Origin: Callorhinchus milii | Lineage: Eukaryota | Assembly: GCF_018977255.1 (NCBI RefSeq) | Contig: NW_024704742.1 | Span: 116,996,001-117,060,000 of the forward strand | Direction of reading: 5' to 3' | Length of the DNA: 64,000 bases | In this document: piece after piece, positions 53,920-64,000 of the stretch | Layout of the letters: every line of letters starts with the position of its first letter | How positions within the stretch are numbered: position 1 is the stretch's first letter | The notes under the pieces: model-generated | The model's database searches: none | What the model was told of the DNA's origin: nothing | Seen by the model: only the letters and a program-made list of their open reading frames with translations | Translations under genes and position numbers: made by a program

Positions 53920-54686
53920 ACAACAGCAACAGCAAAATTACATTTGTAAAGTGCCTTTCACATCGGGAGGACGTCCCAAGGCGCTGAACAGTCAGGGATC
54001 AGGACCCGAGCGTGAGGGGGGCAGAGTTGGGATGAGGGAGGGCAGAGGGGGTAGGAGCGCTGTTGAAGGTACGGTCAAAAAGGAGGGTCTTGAGTTGTGC
54101 CTTGAAGGACACAAGAGAGGGAGCAAGGTGAAGGGATTGTGGATGGAGTTCCAGAGGGTGGGGGCAGAGAGGTTGAAAGTCCAGCTGCTGATGGTAAGGT
54201 GGGCCGGGCGGGAGACATGGGGCAGGCCGCAGCCTGATGAACGGAGGGAGCGGACAGGTTGATAGGGGGTCAGCAGGTCAGAGATGGAGGAGGAGGCAAG
54301 GCCATGGAGAGCTAGGAAGTGTGGACGAAGATTTTGAATTCTATCCTCTGAGGGATAGGGAGCCAGTGGAGCCGGGCGAGGGTGAGGGTGATGGGGTCAT
54401 GGAACCTGGCGCGGGAGAGGACATGAGCTGCAGAGTTCTGGATGATCTGCAGCTTGTGGAGGGAAGAGTTGGGAGGCCGACAAGGAGGAAGTTTCCATAG
54501 TTGAGCCTTGAGGTGATGAATGCGCGTATGAAGGTTTCGGCGGCCTGAGGGGTGAGGCAGTGGCGAAGTCAGGCTATGTTGCGGACGTGGGGGAAGGTGG
54601 GGGGGGTGGGGGCATGGCATGGATATGGGGGAGGAAGGACAGCTGAGGGTCGAACAAGATGCTCAGGTTCCTGACTGGCTTGGTGA
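53920..54686 (-). mobile_element. L2 3' fragment
   Basis: LQIIQNSAAHVLSR...LHWLPIPQRIEFK plus tail. Confidence 0.88.
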
Positions 54687-54917
54687 CAAGCTCAGAGAAG
54701 CGCAGAGAAATACAAAGTTTTCAGGTATTGGTAACAGGTAATGGAAATGGAATCTGCAAATCTAACCTGAGAGATCACAATGATGTGGAATGGGGAGGGG
54801 GCGGTATGGGGGTGGTGGGGGGAGCGGGGGTGGAAAACGTCTGTGTCAGCAAACAGAACTGCTCCCATGAGGAAAAGAAATACATAAATGCAAGTTTCCA
54901 GGTGGGGAGAAACATAC

Positions 54918-55192
54918 GCTCCACACACACGATTACTTCGCAGTAAGTAGGAACTCGGTTGTTAGTCAATCAGCAGATCCTTTCCGGGAGTAATAATCCT
55001 TCCAAAAGAAAACAAAATTGATCACTCAATCCAGTACTGTTTGTTGGACACTACTGTGTGCAATTGACTACCCCGTTTTGCCCATAAAACACACAGTCAA
55101 TCCATTTTACAGTATATTCTGTGAAGCCCTTTGAGACAACTCAATGACGTGGTAAGGCATTATATCAAATGCAAGGATTCTTATTATTATTA
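54918..55192 (+). mobile_element. Long-form SINE, head missing
   Basis: Family match. Confidence 0.75.
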
Positions 55193-55478
55193 AGATTGAA
55201 GACGTTTTTATGTAGTTGATAAAAACTTACTGAGAATAGCTTCAAGATTAAACCATTATTTAAGAATTTTCCAAATTCTATATGCTCTGAAAGTCTGCAT
55301 TAATAGAATTAATCTTTTCCAATGTAGAATTTTACCCCTAGAGATGTACTGCCCTAATTTGCTTTCAGAAAGACTCTCGAAAAGAGATCTTTTATATAAG
55401 AGTGTTTCTGGTTTGCTCTCCTGTGGATTTTCAGTTCCTTTCATCCAAAACACAAATTATCAGATTTCTCTATGGTTA

Positions 55479-56756
55479 CACTTTGCTGTGGATGAAGATC
55501 CCCAAATTCCCTCGATTCGTAGCTCTACCAAAAAACTGGTTTCCAGCTCCGGTTTATAAACTGAAATATTCCTTTGATCTGTGATGACTACTCTTTGAAG
55601 ATAAGTTTATCATTATATATTAACACGCTTAGAGTTTATTATTATATATTCATACCCTGGGATTTTATCATTAGCTATTAATATGTTGAGAGTTTATCAT
55701 TAGATATGAATAATATTCCAGTTTACCAGCTAAAATATGCAGAAATAAAGAAATAATTCACACCTTATTGATCATTAAAATACACAATGATAAATAGGAA
55801 TAATAATCCTTACTTTTGATGTAGCATCTTATCACATTGTCAAACGTTCAAAACACTTTGTAACAAAGAAAAAAAAGGTTGGATTTACTGTAAAGTATAG
55901 TGGCTGTGTATTCATAGAATTATACAGCACAAAAGGAGGCCATTTGGCCCACCATGTCTATGCTGGCTCTTTTAAAAGAGCTATCCAAATCAATCCCACT
56001 CCCCCGCTCTCTCCCCATAGCCCTGCAAACTTATCCTCCCCAAATAATTATCTACTGCTCTCTATTGAATCGGCTTCCACTACCTCCTTTCAGGCAATGT
56101 ATTCCAGATCTGAACAACTCGCTGTGTGAAAAAATTTCTCCTCACTTCCCTTGGTTTCTTTTAACAACTATTTCAAATCGGTGTCCTCGGGTTACCAACC
56201 CACCCACCAGTAGAAATAGTTTCTCGTTGTTCACCCTATTGAGTTCCCTCATAATTTTGAAAACTTCTATTAAGTCTCCTCTTAGCTTTCTCTGCTCCAA
56301 GGAGAATAATCCTAGCTTCTCTAGCCTCTCCTCATTCCTGGTACCATCCTGGTAAATCTCTTTTGCACCCTCTCCAATGCCTTGACATCCTTCATAAAAT
56401 GTGGTGCCCAGAACTGAACACAGTACTCTAGCTGAGGCCGAACCAATGTTTTCTAAAGGTTCCTGATGTTTGTATTTTATTTATAAAGCCTAGTGTTCTG
56501 TATGCTTTTTTTTAACAGCTTTATCTACCTATCCTGCCATCTTCAAAGATTTACTTATATGAACCCCAAGGTCTCTCTATTCCTTCACCCCCTTTAAGAT
56601 TCTATACTGCCACTTTGCTGTGGATGAAGATCCCCAAATTCTCTCGATTCGTAGCTGAACCAAAAAACTGGTTTCCAGCTCCGGTTTATAAACTGAAATA
56701 TTCCGTTGATCTGTGATGACTACTCTTGAAGATAAGTTTATCATTATATATTAACA
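55479..56756 (+). repeat. Direct duplication of about 146 bp (55479-55625 / 56611-56756)
   Basis: About 4 substitutions and 1 indel by eye. Confidence 0.92.
55913..56608 (-). mobile_element. CR1 3' fragment inserted in an old SINE
   Basis: CR1 3' UTR ending ...ccttttgtgctgtataattctatga; reverse complement of the 48957-49325-type sequence. Confidence 0.88.
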
Positions 56757-57330
56757 GAACATGCCCACAAACAGCCATTAAGTGAATGACTAGTTTTTCC
56801 TTGGATAGTGTTGGCCAGGACACCAAAGAGTGAAACATCTTTAACATCTCTTTAAACAAATAGACGCTGTAATACTGCTAAAAATGCATTGTTCTAGAAA
56901 CAAACTCTCTAATTTTGTTCCCAATAAGTTGTCCACTACTTGCGAACCCTGCATGAGAGCCTTATCATGGATAAAATTAAGACAATGGGAATGATGCAGT
57001 CCATCTTTTGTTGTTTTCTGAACATCCGCCCCAATCTGTATCCATCAAAGAGCTTCTGAATACACTTTTTTTCCGTCATTGATCACTATCACTTACTACA
57101 TTATTTGTCATTTTCATGCTAAGTATACATTGGGTAGTGTTAGAGGGAATTAGATATGTGAGACAGGGAGAAATGGCATTTGAAAATGAGACTAGTCAAG
57201 TGGACTTCACTGATTTTTTCCAGCCCTGCACTTTCCTACAAGTAATATATATTTCTAACTGAATTTTGTGGGATGACTTGCCCTTTCTCGTATATTTATC
57301 TACACTGGTATCTTTAAAAGCATCTTACAC

Positions 57331-57554
57331 ATAATATAATAATAATAATAATAATAATCCTTGCATTTGATATAGCGCTTTTCACGTCGGGAGGACGTCC
57401 CAAAGCGCTTCACAGAACACACTGTAAAGTGAATTGACTGTATATTTGTGGGCGAACGCGGCAGCCAATTGCGCACAGCAATGTACCACAAACAGTCGTA
57501 GATTGAAAATGACCAATTTAATTATTGTTTTTGGTTTTTGGAGGGATTATTATT
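57331..57554 (-). mobile_element. 5'-truncated young SINE
   Basis: Near-identical to 7112-7330. Confidence 0.9.
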
Positions 57555-57794
57555 TGTATCTCAGTGGTCTTGTACATGTATCTCAGTGGTCTTGCCTTTA
57601 GTCAACCTCAGATTTCTTCCTCTCCTCCCTGCTTGGTGTTGTCATTGACTTTATGAAGTACTTCGAGAAATTCAACCTAAAAGACTGAAGTCAACGTAAA
57701 ATGTGTTACACAGGTTTCTGATGTTGCCTATGCTCTCCATGACACCGTAAGAGAGAGCCCAAAGAGAAATGTATCAGCATGAGGGTCTGAAGAC

Positions 57795-58220
57795 CTGAAT
57801 CAGGTGAAAGGAGTCTCAACTCTTGATTCAGAAGGCTATGGGTTGAAGCCCCACATCAGAACTTTCAATTCGCATACTGACTTCCCAATGTAGTGCTTAT
57901 GGTGTGTTACCTTGTTGAAGGTGCTGTCCTTAGGATCAGATGTTAAATCAAGGTCTTGTCTTCCTTTCAGGTGCATGTTAAAGATTCCCTGGCATTACTC
58001 AAAAACAGAAATGTGTTTCTTGAGGTGTCCTGGCCAAAGTCCCCTAGATAAAATCGATCATTTACTTCATGGCTATTTGTGGGACACTGCTGAGTGCAAA
58101 TTGACAGCCATGTTTGCCTACAAAATACAGTCAATACACTTTGCAGTATATCCGGTGAAGCGCTTTGAGATGTCATCCCAATCTGAAAGGCGGTACATAA
58201 ATTCTAAGAATTATTATATG
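57795..58220 (+). mobile_element. DeuSINE-like element
   Basis: Degenerate head, Deu domain and tail. Confidence 0.75.
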
Positions 58221-58247
58221 CTCTCCTATCCCCCTATAGAAGTAGTG

Positions 58248-58301
58248 AAATAGTTTCACTGACACTTATCGGTGCAATGAAAAGTGTCAGTGAAACTATT
58301 T
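58248..58301. repeat. Perfect 20-bp inverted repeat (hairpin)
   Basis: AAATAGTTTCACTGACACTT / AAGTGTCAGTGAAACTATTT with a 14-nt spacer. Confidence 0.9.
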
Positions 58302-59388
58302 TTGCAATGATTGGAGGAGCGGTTGAGGCAAATTAAAAGATTTAATATCTTTGCATCTTATTTATTTAAGTGCTCCGAGACACTACCCCATGTGAAGGGT
58401 TCTATGTAAATGCAAGTTGTTGTATTCATAGTAACCTGCACAAAATTTTGCTGTTTGTACATACTCAGCTGTTTTGAAATCGAGTTCAATTATTTTTGCT
58501 GACGTAGCTCTGATGATTAAAATCTCTTCCATGTCAAATGGGGAAGGGGCCATGAAGGCCTTGAAACAAACAAGCTGGTGATGAACGTATATTTTTGCTG
58601 CCTGTTCTCCTCTCTCCATTAAATCCACCCAGAACTGGAGATATGTGTCTAACTAAACAGCAGTCAGGCAAGTTCCTGAATGTATGTGATAGTGGTTTGA
58701 AGTGGTTCTGTGCTCTAAGCCTTTAGTCGAGCTTTGTCTGGAGCTTTGTGTCTCCAGTTGAAATACTGATTGTTGTTTAGCCAGCCTAGAAATTTGTCCT
58801 ACATAGTCAGGTGCTGTATTGTCTGCACAGTATGCATGTGGTGCATCTGGAAAGAGAAGTGAATGACCTGTTAGATCATGATATACTTGCAGGATGTTTT
58901 AATCCCTACAATTGTGTCCTGCACTTGATATGAACCTGTGAGACAGATTATGTTAATGACAAAGTAGATTTGACAGAATGCTCATTGCATGGGTTTCTCC
59001 TGACATTAAGTCCAATAGTCCAATAGTAACAAGGCAGCTCAGCTACCCAAGGTTCTGAGTGCAAGTAAAGATATTACTGTGCGCTGCCACATATATATCT
59101 ACAAAATACACAGTCAATCCACATTAAAGCATATCCTGTGAAGCGCTTTGAAATGTCTCAATGATGTAAGAAGGCTCTGCATCAAATTCAAAGATTATTA
59201 TTATTATTATCAGTTTGCAACCAGTGGAAATGGTGCATTGTAATCGTTATACTATCGTGATACTCAGACACATCGAAACTGAGAAAAGAAACCCATTGAT
59301 TGTGTATCCTGGCTTGCGTGAATGCTATTCAAATGTCTTCAATCAAATGTTTATAGTTTTATAGATGTATATTATATATATATTGTAT

Positions 59389-59755
59389 GAAGTCTTGTAG
59401 CTCAGTGGATAGAGCAAGCCTGGGTTTGATTCACGGCAGGATGAAACGTTGGGCAAGTTTCCTTATTCCACGCGCCTCTGTTTACCTAGCAATAAGTAGG
59501 AACCCGGTTGTTAGTCAATTGGTGGATCGCTTTTCCGGGGGTAATCATTCCTTCAAAAAAAATAGTAACAATAAATTGGTCTCTCAATCCACGACTTTGT
59601 GGGACATGACAGTGTACAATTGGCTGCCGCGTTTCACCCACAAAATATGTACAGTCAATTCACTTTACAGTCTATTCTGTGAAGCGCTTTGAGATGCCTC
59701 AAAGACGTGATGAAGCGCTATATTAAATGCAAGAATTATTATTATTATTATATAT
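59389..59755 (+). mobile_element. tRNA SINE, long form
   Basis: Family match. Confidence 0.85.
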
Positions 59756-59759
59756 ATAG

Positions 59760-60540
59760 TGGCCTTTACATGAGTCTGATAATGAGCCAGAAGGAGGGGA
59801 GAGGTGAACGTAAGCACGATCAAAAAGGAAGGTCTTTAAGGTGGGATTTTGAAAATGAATGAGAGGATTTTAAAATCATTCCATTCAGTAATTGGGAGCC
59901 AGTGGAGCCTGGCAAGGACTGGTATGATGAGGGTATGGATTTTTGTGCGATTATCTGGGCAACGGAGTTTTGAATGATTTGAATTTTTATTTATGGTAGA
60001 GCTGGGGAGACCAGCAAGGAGAGCATTGGAATAGTCCAGCCGGGAAGTAGTGGACAAGGGTTATCAGGTACATATGGAGACGGGCAATGTGACAGAAGTG
60101 GAAAAAACCTGTGAGTAGAAAGCGGTTTTGGCTTTAGAGAGAGCGTATGAATATGCTCGAGCCACAGTTGACGTTGAACTGTGAGGCCGGTTTTGTGCCA
60201 TCTGCGCTTCTTAAGCAACTGGGTTGGGGATTTGAGGGAGTGGATGTGACTGTTGTATCAGGGGGAGCGGGTAGGCTTGGAGACGGACCTGGTTTTCAGG
60301 GGATGAGGGAATTGAAGTTTGAGGAGAGATGATCATTTAGCAGCTTGACGGTTGCATTTTGATCTCTGAGGGTGGAAGGCCAGAGGGAGAAAAGGTCAGA
60401 GAATGAGAGAGCGTTTGTGAGACTCAAGGGGAAGCTTTTTCCATTGGGAGGAAAAAGATGATGGAGGGCTTGGAGGAGAGGAGGGTGATATGATAGGCGA
60501 GGGAGATGAGGAAATAGTTGAGATGGCCTTGTCTGTGATG
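59760..60540 (-). mobile_element. Old fragmented L2
   Basis: SRLDYSNALLAGLP...ARLHWLP translation. Confidence 0.75.
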
Positions 60541-61258
60541 GTCAGATCGATTAACATTCCTTTACAACTTTGCTTTATAAAAGACTAATTGGTATTTGTA
60601 ACACATCCGTTAGAATTTACCTCAGTTTTAAGTTCATTTGGAAAACTGATGTTTAATGTCAAGAGTACTATTTTCCCCTTGGGACAAGTCATTGTCAAAA
60701 TTGCAAACAGGGCGCATAATTCCATAAAAGTCCCTTATTAAAAAGAATTGCTTGTTTGCTTGTTAAACCACCTGAGATATTACTACTTACAGAAAGCCTA
60801 TCTAATACAAATAATCTAATAAAAAACAGTGATATGAACAGACAGATGAAGTCCATCTTGATTTGTACCTTTAATGCCCTCTTCGTCTGACTCAATTGCA
60901 GGAGCTTCTCAAGGATACATCTGATGGAATCCCATTCTGGCAACAATTTGAAAGGTCATTCATTGTAAAAGTCACTAAAGATGCAATCTTCCTGCTCATA
61001 TAAAACTAGCTGTCTGCAAGCAACATTGCCTTCAGGTACTCGCTATTTAGCAGTAGGAAAGGCAACATGTAACTGGCGGCCAGCATCCAACAATGTAAGC
61101 TTTAGATAGAGTGCAACCCCATTCTTAACCACCCTTCCGTATGTTTCAGTGCAGCTTCGCTAATACATCTGGGCTTGGCTAACCAGATGTATGTTAAACT
61201 TGGTTTCCAGAGTCGACTGGTCAGCCATCCGTGCTAACAAAGCCTTTAACAGGTAAGT

Positions 61259-61482
61259 CAACTTCCTGGTCGGTAGGTCGTTGCTTGTGTCGCTTCCTGC
61301 ACACTGCACTTGCACTTAAAATGCAGGAAGCGTTGCTCAATTCACTTTGTCAAGGAAGTGTTGTCAGCAGCGCTTCTTGTCTAAAGCATTCGCGCGCAAC
61401 ACGCAGGAAATTATATTAGCACCCAATGCTGACAACCTTAAAGGCGATCAGTTTCACACTTGGCTTTGACTGTGGCTTCCTG
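61259..61482. promoter_or_regulatory. ETS (GGAA) motif cluster, candidate enhancer
   Basis: Six (C/A)AGGAA(G/A)-type sites at about 61261, 61292, 61324, 61352, 61404, 61474 in locally CpG-containing unique sequence. Confidence 0.45.
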
Positions 61483-62284
61483 AGATATTGTGACCATAGT
61501 AATAAGACCTGAAATCACCCTGCACGTAGAGCCATTCTCAGCGAAGGGTGATTTTAGAAAAGTTTACCTTCTCTAAACATGGATAGTGACATTTACACAC
61601 AAAATAATGTTTTCGATTTGAAAGCTGAAACTGAAAACCTGCTGGACATGGCCCCATATCTAACTGTTTTGAGAATAGTCTGAGAAAGCATTTACATTGT
61701 ACCATTGAAGAGCAAACCCTAACCCTAACACTTCTCCTTTAACAGGTAAGTCATCTGCAAAAAAATAGTCAATTTTCACTCTGTGGTGTATAAATCTCCA
61801 GTTTATGCACAACTGTAACAATAATCCCATTGCACAATCTACTCACCTCAAAACAATATGTGACAAATCTGTATAGTGACTCTGTAAACTGTAGTCATAC
61901 ATTTTTCCTAACAGACAATAAAAGCTACTTCTTGGATCAGTCATGTGCAATTCACTGCATTCCAACTAATAATTAAAAATAAATCAATAGACGCTACAAG
62001 ACTGAGTGGAGAGTAAATATGCTAACTGATTGTTGGAAGTAAATTTAGACGTAAATTCTCATGAATAATGTAATACACTTCGCCTGCAAAGCTCCGTGAA
62101 GATTAAGAAGATCCAGCAGTCAGATCCAGCTGTGTGTTGGTATAACTGTCAGAGTTTCCCTCTAATGAGCTCTATCACTGCACCCAGCATGGAGGGAGAA
62201 AACATATTAAACACAGTACACAACCAGCCTAACCGAGGTTAGACACTATTTTCATCCACACTGTGTCACACACTCTATAATATA

Positions 62285-62886
<602 letters not shown>

Positions 62887-62894
62887 CGCCCATG

Positions 62895-63362
62895 ACGCCC
62901 TCTGCCTTCCCCCAGCTCTACAACATCGCCCGGCTCCGCGACTGTCGCACAGCGCAAGCCGCCAAAAACCCTCATACACGCTTTCTTTACATCGAGGCTC
63001 GACTATGCAAACTCATTGCTTGTCGGCCTCCCCAACCCCTCCCTCCACAGTCTGCAGATCATCCAGAATCCTGCAGCCTGTGTCCTCTCACGCACCAGGC
63101 TCTGTGACCCTATCATCCCAATCCTCGCCTGACTCTACTGGCTTTCTATCACATAGAGGATAGAGTTCAAGAACCTGGACCTCACCTTCAAAGCCCTCCA
63201 TGGCCTTGCTCCCCTTTACCTCTGCAACCTCCTAATCCCCTACCATCCTGCTTGCTCCCTCAGCTCAGCGGGCTCCAGCCAACTTCACGTTCCCCCCCTC
63301 GCCCACCCCACCATTGGCGGGCAAGCCTTCAGCCACTCTGCCCCCATCCTCTGGAACTCCAT
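62895..63362 (+). mobile_element. L2 fragment
   Basis: Homologous to 3450-4260. Confidence 0.85.
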
Positions 63363-63384
63363 ATGTTGAAACGCATTTCATTTT

Positions 63385-64000
63385 TTATATTCGTATAGTG
63401 TCTTTCACGTTGAGAGGATGTCCCAAGGTGCTGGACAGACAGAGTTTCGGACCCAAGCTGGGGGTCAGGATCGGGGGAGGGTGGCAAGCAGCGGGCGGGG
63501 AAAGCAAAGTCGAAGAGGAGGGTCTTGAGATGGGTCTTGAAGGAGGCAAGGGAGGGATCGAGGTGGAGGGACTGCGGGATGGTAGGGGGTTATAAGGTCG
63601 CAGAGATAAGGGGAGCAAGACCATAGAGGGCTTTGAAGGTGAGGACCAAGATCTTCAACTGTGTCCTCTGTGTGATGGTAAGCCAGTGCGGTCGGGCGAG
63701 GATGGGGGTTATAGGGTCACGGAGCCTGGTGTAGGAGAGGACACAGAACAGGCAGGCTGACAGAACATCAGGAGACTGGGGGTCGCAAAGAGAAGTGGAA
63801 AAATAGAATTGGGTGTCATCTGCATACATGTGGAAATGTACTCCATGTCTGCGGATGACATCCCCAAGAGGGAGCATGTAGATCAGAAAGAGGAGGGGGC
63901 CAAGGATGGATCCTTGGGGTACCCCGCAGGTGAGAGTGGGAGGAGAAGCCGTTTGTGCAGATGTACTGCTGGCGGTTTGTGAGGTAGGACTCGAACCAGG
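63385..64000 (-). mobile_element. L2 fragment with internal deletions, runs off the window
   Basis: HMYADDTQFY motif plus tail. Confidence 0.88.

Noticed and set aside
61714..61729. Interstitial telomeric repeat (CCCTAA)2
   Set aside because: Only two units; better explained as branch-point motifs or chance

Overview
Repeat-dense vertebrate nuclear DNA, not prokaryotic. It is most likely from a cartilaginous fish (inferred from DeuSINE/SacSINE-like SINEs, L2/CR1/Tx1 LINE remnants and shark-type Penelope termini). Nearly all long ORFs in the track are L2 reverse-transcriptase fragments, SINE read-throughs or microsatellites. I could not confidently identify an intact host protein-coding gene. 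The window opens with a CpG-rich, probably bidirectional promoter (about 1.8-2.3 kb), and there are scattered candidate + strand exons. Highlights: (1) a 5'-truncated processed pseudogene of RBM8A/Y14 fused to the 5' end of a full-length tRNA-Ala SINE, plus a second SINE carrying 554 bp of 5' cargo inside a split L2, suggesting SINE-mediated capture of cellular RNA; (2) a SINE 3' stem-loop series whose loop switches to that of the young L2; (3) a TSD-flanked Penelope-type terminus with two back-to-back minimal hammerhead ribozyme cores; (4) several locally templated insertions at retroelement junctions; (5) twin AG|GTAAGT recursive-splice-like sites flanking an ETS motif cluster; (6) an unclassified repeat family of about 300-360 bp in 4 copies. 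Repeat boundaries were read by eye and are approximate.
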